A DNA stretch of 53,321 nt, filler included, from Diploschistes diacapsis (taxonomy: Eukaryota): the NCBI GenBank assembly GCA_023645945.1. It is 4 parts of 4 records of this genome, joined end to end, with 100 filler letters (N's around TTAATTAATTAA, not from the genome) between each part and the next. Parts side by side here need not be neighbours in the genome. Positions count along the whole stretch, not along the records: positions 13,364 to 26,623 come from JALAIB010000674.1; positions 26,724 to 39,977 come from JALAIB010000675.1; 2 more parts are not named here. The stretch is one strand, 5' to 3'. The notes under the pieces were generated by a model that searched no databases, had not been told where the DNA came from, and saw nothing but the letters and a program-made list of their open reading frames with translations. Positions 24,981 to 36,206 of the stretch are shown here, piece after piece; position 1 is the first letter of the stretch; the number at the start of each line of letters is the position of its first letter. The translations under genes and the position numbers were made by a program.

Positions 24981-25170
24981 GGATTAGAATCTAGTATAGT
25001 CTATATATGGCAGTTTTCGACGAGAGAGTCACGTAGTACTTTAATGTTGGGAAGATAGCAGGTCGATTGGGAGGGCGCTTATGTTGTTCGTTGCTCGTTA
25101 TACCCCGCGATGTTTCAATACTGCAGCGCTCGAACAAAATAGATAATTGCACAATAGTAATGTGTTTTCG

Positions 25171-25470
25171 ATTATGGTCGCGTTCGCGTCGAACATCATT
25201 CGTATAGGTACCGGTAGCCGCTCGTCCAAGGGCATTAAACTATAATTATGGAACACGGTGGGTACTGAGCGTTTGCGTAGTGTGAGCCGGAACTATTACC
25301 GGGATGCCGTGGGCGTAATACATATACGCAACGTTAGCGAGTGGAAGAGTTTCGATCAGCTACTAAGCTTTTTGAGGGATATACAGAATCTCCCGGATCC
25401 GCACCTATGCGCTATGCCGGTGGGGAATAAGGTTAATACTGTGGAGCAGCCGCAGCCTGCGTTGATACCG
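25171..25470 (+). pseudogene. Rab4/Ypt4-like small GTPase fragment
   Basis: VAFASNIIRIGTGSRSSKGIKL*LWNTVGTERLRSVSRNYYRDAVG...GNKVN corresponds to degenerate switch I, G3 (WDTAGTERFRS) and G4 boxes. No P-loop was seen. Confidence 0.8.
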
Positions 25471-25676
25471 GTAAGTTTTATTCTGCCTACTGTACACATA
25501 AATTATATGATAAGTACCATGATTCTTAAGATACTTTATCAGTCATATTAATTTATATGCAGCCATAAGTATTTATGGAACTAGCGTTCTTTCCAGCCAC
25601 ATTTGTTTACTTAACGATCGATTACATGCTTTTTTTCTTGTTTTTGATCTTAACATTCTAATTTTTTTTAGACGCG

Positions 25677-26530
25677 ATGGAGCCCTCGTTGTTTGTTCGC
25701 CCTGCTCGCTCTGCGCGCCCTGCCGCCCTCCCTGCCGCCGCCGCGGCCACGTTCGATGTGGTCGCCGACAACGATGAGCTGGGTCTTGAAGACCTTATGC
25801 TCTACGACGCCCTCTCCGCCGCCTGCTGCCTCGCCGCCCCCTGGCTCGCCTGCCCTCGCCGTTCTTACCGAGCCTACGCGGGCCCGGACACCCTTGCCGC
25901 CGCTGCCTGCTGCGGGGAGGCTTTACAGCTTCCCTGCGGATTTCCCGGCGTGGAGGGCGCGTTTCTTTGCCGTCGCGGACATCCTTCGGATGACCGTGGC
26001 GGATTTTAACGCGTTTTGGCCCTACGTGGACAATTTCTGGACGTCCAATCGGACGTCTAGAAGCACCACGTGGTATCGCTGCCGCCATTTTTGGCTCGCC
26101 GAGCACGTCTTCAAAGACGTGCTCGATTAGGATTATTAAAAGAGATTTACCGCCATGTACGAGCATGGCGGCTTCGGTCTCCCCGTATAAGCGGATACGG
26201 AAATCGTGGTCCGGCAGAAACGCCGGCTATAGATAAGTCGTCGCCCTATTTAGGGGTATTTATATATTAATTACGTTTAGTTTAAAGAGATCCTGGAGGA
26301 TCTCCAGGCCACTTTTTACGACTGGAAGGCCGTGGCGGAGAGAGCGCCCTTGGAGGACCGGGATGCCCTTATAGGTAACTTCCTACGCGCTGCAGGTGAG
26401 TTCCATGGCCACCTATTACTACGACCGGACGCGGAGATGGAGGAAGAGCGGAAAGAAGTATAATGAGCGGCGGAAGGGAGCATAATGGGCGGAGGAGGGG
26501 AGTATAATGGGCGGAGGAGGAGCACGGCAT
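25677..26530 (+). mobile_element. Probable non-autonomous, internally deleted Mutator-like (MULE) element
   Basis: GC-rich island in AT-rich DNA. WRARFFAV...FNAFWPYVDNFW...WYRCR resembles a WRKY/GCM1/FAR1-type domain start and runs directly into CRHFW (SWIM-like tail). TIRs are not confirmed because the contig ends. Confidence 0.4.
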
Positions 26531-26623
26531 AAAAAAAGCTATAGGAGGTTTAAAAGCACGCTTTTAAAACATTTTAAGCACCTTATAATACTTTAGTATC
26601 TATTTCTTATTATTATATAATCT

Positions 26624-26723
26624 NNNNNNNNNNNNNNNNNNNNNNNNNNNNNNNNNNNNNNNNNNNNTTAATTAATTAANNNNNNNNNNNNNNNNNNNNN
26701 NNNNNNNNNNNNNNNNNNNNNNN
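26624..26723. other. Artificial contig spacer
   Basis: N44-TTAATTAATTAA-N44. Confidence 0.98.
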
Positions 26724-28150
26724 CCTTTTTGTCCATGGGCTTTTGGGACCGTTGAAGGCCATATACAACGAGGCTGTGTGCGGCGTTCAATAATAATTTC
26801 CTACTGAAATTTGCTTCTGCCATGATGATCAGCTCATTTTTCTCCTCCCTTTTCAATTGCCGGCGTCTTCCTATTCCTCATTGCAACCTTTCGATTTTTT
26901 CTTTTCCCGAAAGAGCAAATGATGTGAATAGAAAAAAGCCATAGCTTTGCTGCTATCTCCACCGTTATGCAGCTGCGTGAGGTACAGCACTCGTACTACG
27001 AGAACAACCCAACCACAAAAGTGATAGCTACAATCTGGTGCACGGGCCAGTGGTCTGCGAATTTGCAAGAACCCAGAAAGAGTAGTTATTTACTTACCTA
27101 GTACTTGCTTCCATTACTTCCATCGTGCTACTATACCAGTATGCGTAGCAGTACGACTTCTAACAAGCACTGGGTTGAACGGAATCTTTAGGACGAAAGT
27201 ACCCGTACTGTTTTGTATCAAAAGAGTTGAGTAGACGTTCGGCCCAGGCCGAGTGGCGCTTCAGGAGAAGAAGAGTCGTAATTCTAGTGAGCATCGCAGG
27301 GATGATCAACGCGCGTAACCGAGACCCCTCAGTCGACTGGTACTTAGAAACTAGCTCTTTCTCTAAGTAGGTTGGTGGGATGTGGCATGGGACGTGCTGG
27401 AATATACTTGGTATGGATGGAACCCATCGCATGGCATGGCGTGGGCGGGTCAGTCAGTACATGCGTTGTGACTCGTGCACACAGCACACACTTCCAGCCC
27501 CCTTGTGCCTGTTGTAAAGTCACGTCGAGCCAGGCGGCAAGTACCTTGAACTCTTTCGCAGATAGACTTTCCTATGGAGCTAATCGAGACTTGAGTTCGA
27601 ACTTCGAGCTAGCTATAAGATATGAGGACTTGGCCGAACATCCCAACCCCTTTGGGAGCACGTCAGCTGCGACGCTCGGATGGGCGAAGATCAGGGGTAA
27701 AGCGAACCTTAGTAGTGAACTTTATACGCTACCAGGCTAGGCTTTTGATACCAGCTTGGTCGTAAAGCCCGGTTTTTTAGGTTTGTGATCGACTATGCAT
27801 TGACCCAGGGCAATGATTTGCCGGATGTGCACGGATCCCAGAATGGACCTTGAAAGCCGTGTCGAGACAGAATAAGCTTAGACCGTAACTGCTTCAGCCT
27901 TTGCTGGCACTGCTCATTGAAAAAGGAAGCACGTTTTGGATTTGACGTGCGGTTTCATTCTGCAGTACAAAATGCACCCACCTAAAGAACCAGGCACTAG
28001 AGTACAAGCGAGAGCACGTGAGTATAACTATAACGTTACCTGTGTGATACTCATCTCTCATCTCCTCTTTACAGAGTACGTCGTATCCATGGAGGTTGTG
28101 GTAATGGAGATAAGAGGGTTGAAGGAACTCTCTGAGCCCATCTGCTTGGC

Positions 28151-28182
28151 ATGCTATGCTATGCTATGCTATGCTATGCTAT
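28151..28182. repeat. (ATGCT)6 microsatellite
   Basis: Read directly from the sequence. Confidence 0.95.
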
Positions 28183-30627
28183 CCGAGCTTTTCTGATTTC
28201 AAGTTACTCCCATCAGAATCACCCGGCTCTTGGTCCGGACCAGCTTCGTTAGCTCTTCCATCCCTTAACCCGAACAAATTGCTCTCTTCCTACGTATGAC
28301 TATGACGTCAAGTGCGATAACGGTCTGTGTTCAGGCTACAAGTAAGTAAGTGCCCAGGTACTTTTGTACGTGGGATGGGCACCGCCTTAATCTGGCATAC
28401 TTCCGTATTCCTGATCTCTCGAATCCTATATCCAAAAAACTTTTCGGAATAGAGGGAAATGCTCCGTCCGACCCGACCCACCAAGGTTATTTGGTTGGCT
28501 CTGTCCATTGAGCATGCCTTCCTGTGCCTTGTGCTCCAGACACCAAAGTTCCCCAGTCCACGAGATTTGGAGCGTAGATTTCAATAAATTTTTGTTTTTA
28601 ATAACAAACTTTAATAATTACGTAGGTGTTGCTGCTGCCAAAGCAGGCGTGGATGATGTCGGTGACGTCCCCAATGTAGTCGGAGTTAGATGGCTGAAGT
28701 CCGAGGAGGAAGAAGTATGGATTTATGCGTAGTAGGTCTCCTTAGGGCGAAGGCTCAAGAAATCATGCTTGTAAGCGCCACGTTTCACTTCAGAGGTGTT
28801 ACCTCCCGTCTCCCCCCGTCTTTTAGCAAGTGGGTTTCTCGACGGGCAGAGGCAGAGAAGAGTCTGTCTGCCCATCGGCCATTCATGCCTCTCATCGTAG
28901 CGTTTGCCAACCACTCCGATTTCGGATGGCTCATTCCATTGGTTCTCATAAGCTGCGAGGTTTGTATCCGTCATTCACTAACAATAGAGGGCAACACCAA
29001 GTGCAAACGGCCCTTTTACTAAAGAGGCAGGTAGCTGTGAATGCAGCGCAGTAACCAAGTTAACGATCTGAGTCATGAGAACACCAACGGTACCCAAACA
29101 AGCGTCAGGATCTTCCAAGATTGCCTTCTTTGGCATGCTGGACTCAGAAATCAGCTAAAATCGATATCCCCCCGTCATCCTCTTCCGGCCTAAACGGTGA
29201 TTATCAATTTCTCATGGAAATAAAATGGCATACGCCACGGTTGCCCAGGCCTTGTTAGGCTGCAGATCTTCGGCATGAGCGTTACGCCTATGCCAAACTG
29301 CCAGGCTTGGCTTCCTAAGGTAACTCATTTCACGAAAAGTAGTCTGAAATGAGTCATCGAGTCCTGATCAAGTAGATATAGCCACGTTAACAAGTGCAGA
29401 GACTGAAGGGCAAGATTTCATTGTAACCCCCGAGCGTATTGGTATGGTATTTTATGTCTGCACAGACATGCCCAGCCCTAGGGTTATGATACAGTAAAGA
29501 AAAGAGCTGCTCAAGGAATAGGACGTTGCTTCTACTTCTGTTCATCTTTGCGAGTTGTACAAAAGCTGGGTACAAAGCTTTTTGCACGCCTTCCCAAATT
29601 ACCCCTCAATTGGGAAGGCCTTCCATATGCTAACTCAAGGCTCCATATGCTAACTCAAGGCACTCCCGGGTCCCAAGGCATACTCCGTCAGTGTATGAAT
29701 TACTGCGCGATGCTGCGGCCACCAGCCATTCATCGCTCGAGGTCGTCTTTGGCTGCAGATTGTATGTACAGTGTTGCGTATGCAGCCAACTTGAGACTGA
29801 ACGGGGGGACTACACCTCACGAGCCACCCTGGAGAAAGGAAACGATCACATGCAGTTGAGTTGAGCGATGTATTTCCTGGGGCACTCTGCATCGGAGCAG
29901 TGGTATTGGACCTGGCGCAGTTCAGAACACCGGACAGAAAGCTCCCCCCCTATCCAAGCCCCCTGATAACGCAACTTCGCATGCAAGACTTATCGTTGGA
30001 CCTTTTGAGAGCATTTCCCAAGAACAGAGAACGCTTGGTCGAAGCTTGGAATAAATCCCGCTTAACATGTACCGATGAGCTCATGGTCGTTCAGTATGCT
30101 ACGATGGTGTAGTAGAAAAGCTGCATCCACCACCCTATGTTGATTCCAACAAAGCGCCGGCAGCTGCGTTCATCGCCCAGACCAGACATTACGATTAAGC
30201 TGTGTGTGATGTGAAGCATACTTCTTCCACCAGTTCCTTTGGTAAAGTGCTCTTGCTTAGGTAGCTGTTTCTGCATAGACGGGTTGCAATACCAATTGGG
30301 TGTGCCTCTGGCATAAAGACAGGTTTTTCCGTTCCATGGAAGGTGGACAGTAAAGAGTTTTCGCATTTGTCGCGTTCTCAACAGAACCAACCAAAACAAA
30401 GTATACTACCCGCAGTACGAACGAAGAGCAACCAGAACACCTTGATTCTTTGCGAAGCAGAACTTAAATCTTATTCCCAGTTCATAAAACTTGTACATAA
30501 ACAATCTTCTCGACGAGGCTACCCCTCTGAGTGTTGATCAACCGCATGCAAGCGAAGATCCTATTCCCAATAGCCGCCCGTTTCTTTGAACTCATCGCGC
30601 CATTTCCAAAGACGTAGGGTAAAGGAA

Positions 30628-31455
30628 CTACGTAGTTGGGTTGGGATTCATCTAACAGGAACTCAGCACACTCTACCAGAACAAACAACGGGACAGATAT
30701 GATCGTGGGAGCTCCTTACCTTGCGCTTGCCACCAGTCAACGTAACGTTTACGAAGCGACGGGTGTATGTGACACGCTTCTTGGCGCGGCCTTTGAAATG
30801 GGACAATGAGAAAATTGTACTTCTTACATGATTGCAAGATTTACCTTTTGGTGTCTTCTTCTTTTCTTGTGGCTCAACTTTCGGCTTTGACTGGATTAGT
30901 ACTGGGCCCGCTATCATAACGCCAAGGCAGTACCGTTTGGGACTTGACTTTCCCTGCACGCTGAGAATAGAGTCAGCAAGATCAGGAAGATAGGTTATCG
31001 CGCGGGACATCAGTATATAGTGTCGGACCACCCTATGAAGCCTAGTTTCGCTTCGAGGAGTCGCAGATGTGCTTTTTCCGCTTCGAAATATGGAGGTATG
31101 ACTTCAGGCGTGTAGCCCAAGGAGTTTCTTTGCTGCTGAAAGCCCAATATTGATGTCACCTTGCGCTACTTGCCCCAAGAGTTTGATGATTGCGCAGAGG
31201 GATAAGAGACGTGTTGTCAAACCACCCTTGAAATCCCAATACCACGTTAAATAGCCTTAGGAAACCAGTCCCTGCTCCTCGAAAATTTGTTTTCTTCCCA
31301 CACATCGCGACTCCGGAAAACTTGGCCTCCAGTCGATCCGACACTCAATACTGATGCCTCTCACATGAGGATGTCCTTACCGCCAGTGATCCGTGCACCT
31401 TACCTGCAATGAATTAGTATCAATGAGCTAAAGAAGAAATCAAATACGTACCCAT
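30628..31455 (-). CDS. RPS30: 40S ribosomal protein S30 (eS30), 62 aa; exons 31455-31452, 31403-31381, 30960-30934, 30884-30845, 30790-30720, 30651-30628
   Basis: The spliced product is [62 protein letters not shown]. All five introns are GT-AG. Confidence 0.97.
31008..31356 (-). promoter_or_regulatory. Long RNA stem within RPS30 intron 2
   Basis: Three nested complementary segments: 31008-31027/31337-31356, 31037-31049/31317-31329 and 31057-31071/31301-31314. Confidence 0.75.
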
Positions 31456-31753
31456 GATGGATAGAGAGTATTAGCGACGACTTGATCGAAGTTTCTGGTG
31501 GTAGAAATAGGAACTACTATGTGGCCATGATGAGGTCAGCTTTTAATCTTTTGAATCCTTCTTGAAATATCGCATGAGCATAACAGGGCCGGTGATAAAA
31601 GGCCCTTCATAGATACGCAGAAGGATCTTTAAAACTCACCTCGAGATAAACGGATAGGGTGTTTTTTTTGCAGTTGCTGTATAATGAGCAGATTGGCAGT
31701 TGAGGTTTGGACTTCTAGCGTGCATTCATGAGTCAGCGGGGGAGCGGGCTGCG

Positions 31754-31762
31754 AAGCCCTAA
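31754..31762. promoter_or_regulatory. AAGCCCTAA motif, candidate ribosomal-protein promoter element
   Basis: About 300 bp upstream of the RPS30 ATG. A GCCCTAA-type motif is known upstream of ribosomal protein genes in filamentous ascomycetes. This is a single short match. Confidence 0.45.
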
Positions 31763-32003
31763 GCGAGATTTGCCGGAGAAACAACAATTCCGTTCTGCAT
31801 ATAAGAAGCTTTGGCTCTCTCCCATTAACTCGTCCTGCCTGTTTACGAAGAGCAGTATCGTGATACAAGAAGGTGGACGACAAAAAGAGCTTTGTAATTG
31901 AGAGACGGAATTTGTAGATATAATGTTTCATAAGCCGCTGAGTACCACCCTGGTAGCTTCGGATACGCTTAAGATGCCACCTCCGCCCTTCCTAACCCTC
32001 TAT

Positions 32004-32861
32004 TCATAGATCGAGAACAGGCTGCAGCCTAAGCACCTTTCCCTCCTCCTCCTCCTCCTCCTTATCCCTCCCTTTAGATCCCCCTCTGTTGGCCCATTCC
32101 TCATACCCCTCCTCACCTACTAAGCGATATTCCTCCCATTCCTCCCTCTTGACCCCCTGCCACTCCTGCAACGGGATCCACCCAATCCTCGCCCTGTCCC
32201 CGAACCCACCAAAGAAATACACCTCCTGCACGACTAACCTCCCCCACCAGCTCTCATGTATATCCGTACCAGGCTCCCAGATGCTGGCTTCTGGGTGTGT
32301 GCGGAGGAAACATTCCCGTACACTGTACTCCTTCACTTCTGCATCAGATAGTCTCTCAAGGCTTCCAATTAGCGAGAATCGCGGGAGATTAGCGGGTAGA
32401 TACGCCCACGGATCATCTGTCCTTTGCGTCGCATTGGTGGGCACGTGGTAGCGTAACGAGAGCGTAATATTTGAGCCGGCAGCTGCATTTTTCATCGTCG
32501 TCGCTATCGTCACGCCGAGGATAGTGGGGTCGTAGATATTGGGCGATGGACAAGATGCATAATATTCCATTAGACCGATGGGGGCACCCGCGACGTCTGG
32601 AGGGCGATTCTCGAGCACGGTAAGTTCTTCCGTCGAGGAGTCATTTTGAGCAGAGGGAAAGATGGTCGAGAGGGTCGCGATGTTGGAGATATGGAGGATC
32701 CGGCGGGCTTGGATTGCGGATTCATGTATCGACGGAATGCGTTGGGCGGATTTGGTAGTAGGTGGGGGATTTGAGAAGATTGATTGCGGGCGTGCTAGAG
32801 TTGCGCTACCAAAAAGAGAATGGAGGAAGAAGATAAGTGCAGACGTGAAGGCGAGATGCAT
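32004..32861 (-). CDS. CREG-like / pyridoxamine 5'-phosphate oxidase-related split-barrel protein, secreted
   Basis: Signal peptide MHLAFTSALIFFL. Motifs IATLSTIFP, PIGLMEYYASC, PANLPRFSLIG, CFLRTHPEA, HESWWGRLVVQEVYFFGGFGDRARIGWIP. Single exon. Confidence 0.85.
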   Translation of the reverse strand: MHLAFTSALIFFLHSLFGSATLARPQSIFSNPPPTTKSAQRIPSIHESAIQARRILHISNIATLSTIFPSAQNDSSTEELTVLENRPPDVAGAPIGLMEYYASCPSPNIYDPTILGVTIATTMKNAAAGSNITLSLRYHVPTNATQRTDDPWAYLPANLPRFSLIGSLERLSDAEVKEYSVRECFLRTHPEASIWEPGTDIHESWWGRLVVQEVYFFGGFGDRARIGWIPLQEWQGVKREEWEEYRLVGEEGYEEWANRGGSKGRDKEEEEEEGKVLRLQPVLDL

Positions 32862-33014
32862 GGCAGTTAGACTGAGGCCGTATGGGAAGAAATAAGTGGA
32901 GAAGCGTAGGATGAAAGGGACTGAAATAGACGTTGACTCAGCCAACGGTGCAAAAGGTTCTTGAGGTCATGCGTCTTTGGGTGGCCGGTCACTTCAAACG
33001 AGCCAGAACTCTAC

Positions 33015-33382
33015 CCCCCCGTTTCTCACCAAAATCGATCAACTCTATATTTAAATATCTTCCCAGCAATGTGCCAAATCAAAAATCCAAAACATTATAG
33101 AGAATTTTAGAAGCATTATGCATACAAGAAATCTGTTTCGAATTTTCCCGAATTTTTTGAATACCTAAGATGGGCGTAAACACTTAAATAAATGGTCCCC
33201 ACCAAAAATCGCGGTTACGATGCGGCAACTATACCCTCGGGTTTTCGTTGACGTCTTACGAGCCCCCACAGAAGTTTTAAAAAAATACAAACAAAATAAG
33301 AATAAGTTAAAGCTTTAAAAAGCTGCTGGACTTTTCTTCAAAAATTTAAAATCTTTTTCGCGGAGATATAAGAAATGGGGGG
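33015..33382. mobile_element. Possible MITE, about 370 bp and AT-rich
   Basis: Termini CCCCCCGTTTCT and AGAAATGGGGGG (11/12 inverted match) bound a sharply AT-rich noncoding block. No clear TSD. Confidence 0.4.
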
Positions 33383-33507
33383 AGCCTAACTACTTTTGGC
33401 CTAGTACTGTATCTACGCCCCGTCGGCCTCAGCATATTCTTGTCCTGTGTTGGGATAACAGTGCAGACAACCAACATACTCTATTCATCTCTCATACGGT
33501 ATGATAC

Positions 33508-35385
33508 CTATGTACAATCCCTGGTCTCGGTGGCCGAAGACTTCACCTTTCTCTTCCAGTCCCTCATTGCGATTTCCTCCCCTGCTAGGGCACTGCCGAT
33601 AATACTGGCTTCCACATTCTCCCACCAGCCCTTGATATTGGCCAGCCAAACCCAATAAGCCGCTCCAGCCGCAAGCACGCCTAGACCTGCAGCTGGATAT
33701 GCGTAGTATGGAAATCTACCCTCCGCTCCATATCCGCCCTTTGGTCGGATCCAAGGCAGGACAAGAAGCGTGAAGTTACTGACGAGGAAAAGCAGCACCA
33801 CAACCTTCTTCGCGGGCTTCGGACTACTCCATTGCTCTGTAGGTTCGTTCTGCAAGTAGAGGAGACCACCGGCTACGAAGACTGAGATAACAGAGACGGG
33901 GTACCCTCCGAGTTCCACAAGGAACTCGTAAATCTGTCCTGGCGGCGGCACAATAATCACAGCGACGCTGACGACCCAATGCAGGAATAGCGCTGCCGCG
34001 GGTGTACCATAAGGTCTGCTTGAAGCCCAGAATGAACTGAAGGGCAAAAGGTCGTCCTTGGCAAACTCTTGATTGACCCGAGCTTGCGCAAAGGACGTAG
34101 CGGCTATTGAGCCAAACGCTGAGAGAATAACAAGTAGCGGAAGTAACCTCGAGCCGATAATGTTTCCAAAGACGTTGGTGAAGAAGTGCCCTCCCACAAT
34201 AAGGCCTGAAGACGCAAAGTCTGATCTCTCGACAGCACAGAAGTAAGCGACGTTGACTAGAATGTACGCCGCGGAAACAATTAGGAGCGCGCTCGGCGCT
34301 GCGACTGATAACGTTCGCACTGGCCGACGGACTTCCGATAAGACCTGGTTCGCAGTATTATACCCACGAAAACAGTAAAGAGCCTTGAGCAAGGCCGAAG
34401 CCAGAGCGTACGGCTGGCTCGTAGTCCCAGAGAATATAGAAGAAAAGTTTCGTTTGTAGAAAGCCACCTCTGAGGCTGTCTCACCAATGCGCAGGGGTAT
34501 GCTGGCCAGACCGCTCGCAATGATTGTCGCAATGATGAGCATCTTGATCACGCCTAGGAGGTTGATTAAGCGTAAGCCCAAGGCTGGAGAACGCGCATGG
34601 ATGACGCAAGCAGCGGTGACAGCCAATACCGCTAGACTCCTAACGTTCCACCTGTTTGCTTCAAGCCCCAGCGCGTACATAAAGTACTCCCCGAGCACGA
34701 TACAGTTCGGTGTGCTGAACCCGAGAAGCACAACATAGCTCATGAGTACACAGGGCGCAAGAAACCTCGGTCTCCTGAATATTCGTTCAAGATAGACCTT
34801 TTCACCGCCTGACTTGGGTAAAGCGGTGCCAAGGTCAAGGTATACGGCAAGCCCACAGAACGAGATTACCGCACCGAGGATCCATACCACGAAGGCCATG
34901 CCAACCGAGCCAACATTGAAGAATATCGAAGATGGAACGGAGAATATGCCAACGCCGATTGTTTTCCCGATGATAATATTGATGACGGAGAAAGTTCCTA
35001 GCTTCGCAGTATCGTCATAATGCGTATTTCGGAGTAAGAATGGTGTATTGACGGCTGGGCTTTGTGATAAGAAAGTGGTGTTTTCAGCTGGCGAGCCCAA
35101 CCTGCTGGAATTGGTACTTTCGACTTCGACAGGCGCAGGTGAGTTTTGATGCGCTTTGGTCCGGGACGGCGACGCATGTGTTTTCATTGACGAGAGTGTC
35201 GGCCAAGGGCTAAGAAGAGCCTGCCGATCATCACTTCGATATGCACTCGCGCCAGAGGATGTCGCGCTTCTTGGGGTCCTGGGCGTTCGTCGCGGCGTTA
35301 CTGGCGACTCGGCGTACGAGCAAGCGGGATACCCACGTGGGATAGAGGATGTGATAATGGCGATTCCAAGAAAGTTTTTCGACAT
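33508..35385 (-). CDS. APC-superfamily (LAT/MUP1-like) amino acid or amine permease, 625 aa
   Basis: Intact ORF with many hydrophobic segments. Motifs IIGKTIGVGIFSVPS, YLDLGTALPKSGGEKVYLE, GYNTANQVLSEV and ARVNQEFAKDDLLPFS. Confidence 0.9.
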   Translation of the reverse strand: MSKNFLGIAIITSSIPRGYPACSYAESPVTPRRTPRTPRSATSSGASAYRSDDRQALLSPWPTLSSMKTHASPSRTKAHQNSPAPVEVESTNSSRLGSPAENTTFLSQSPAVNTPFLLRNTHYDDTAKLGTFSVINIIIGKTIGVGIFSVPSSIFFNVGSVGMAFVVWILGAVISFCGLAVYLDLGTALPKSGGEKVYLERIFRRPRFLAPCVLMSYVVLLGFSTPNCIVLGEYFMYALGLEANRWNVRSLAVLAVTAACVIHARSPALGLRLINLLGVIKMLIIATIIASGLASIPLRIGETASEVAFYKRNFSSIFSGTTSQPYALASALLKALYCFRGYNTANQVLSEVRRPVRTLSVAAPSALLIVSAAYILVNVAYFCAVERSDFASSGLIVGGHFFTNVFGNIIGSRLLPLLVILSAFGSIAATSFAQARVNQEFAKDDLLPFSSFWASSRPYGTPAAALFLHWVVSVAVIIVPPPGQIYEFLVELGGYPVSVISVFVAGGLLYLQNEPTEQWSSPKPAKKVVVLLFLVSNFTLLVLPWIRPKGGYGAEGRFPYYAYPAAGLGVLAAGAAYWVWLANIKGWWENVEASIIGSALAGEEIAMRDWKRKVKSSATETRDCT

Positions 35386-36206
35386 GGCGGATGTTTGCGA
35401 TTTGAGAATGAAATTACACGAAGTTACTCACATATGCGTCAGAGGCATTGAAAGTCCCGAGGACAAGAAGACTGAAAGGCTTGAACATTCACCAAAGATA
35501 CTGATGCATACTACGAACTTGGAAGGAAGGTAAACAAAGAAAACTGCTTAGAGGCAGAACATTGTTCTGGCCGACAAAAGGAAGGGGAGAGACTGAACAA
35601 CAGAACAATGAAAGAACAAAGATTCTATCCTTACTAGATTTTCAGAAGCTCTAGAGGGATTCAGTGGTCCTCGGATCACCCGAAAACCCATCGAACGAAG
35701 TTGTATGTCGAAGTATGAGGTGGATATTAGGAATTAAATGGACGAGGAAGAATCTTGGCACGGTCACAAGCATCTTACTTTATGCTGGCAGACTTTGTTT
35801 CAGCCAAAGGCCCAAACGTTTCGTGTTTCCTGCTACACGCGGAGTTTTTCTATAGTGCCTTAAGCAACACTCGCGATAACATAGAGCACAACTTTGATAC
35901 TAACTGATAGCCCAGAGTGAATAACACCTGTTGTACCAAGAAACTCATGTTGCAAAATCCCCGGGGGTTTTCTTTCCCCCCTCCCTCGACCACAAAGACA
36001 TATCGGTATAGAATACCATACATCAGCAGATCTGTGCGTGCTGCTGGTAACGCTCCCTTTCCTCGTCATTTTAACCAAGCTGCAACACCACGTCACCAAT
36101 CATGCAACACAGGACAGGCTGCGCAATTACCAAGGTATCGTTGGCAGTCTTCGCTCCCAGCAGTCGCTAAACACCGCGCCAAAGAGTCAAGACCCGAATT
36201 TGTTCC

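Noticed and set aside
13364..26623. Starship captain (DUF3435) or viral hallmark genes
   Set aside because: No tyrosine recombinase, polymerase or capsid motifs were recognised in the frames I read.
29623..30112. 20-bp tandem duplication and short ORFs downstream of RPS30
   Set aside because: Only two copies and no family motif. A gene model could not be supported.
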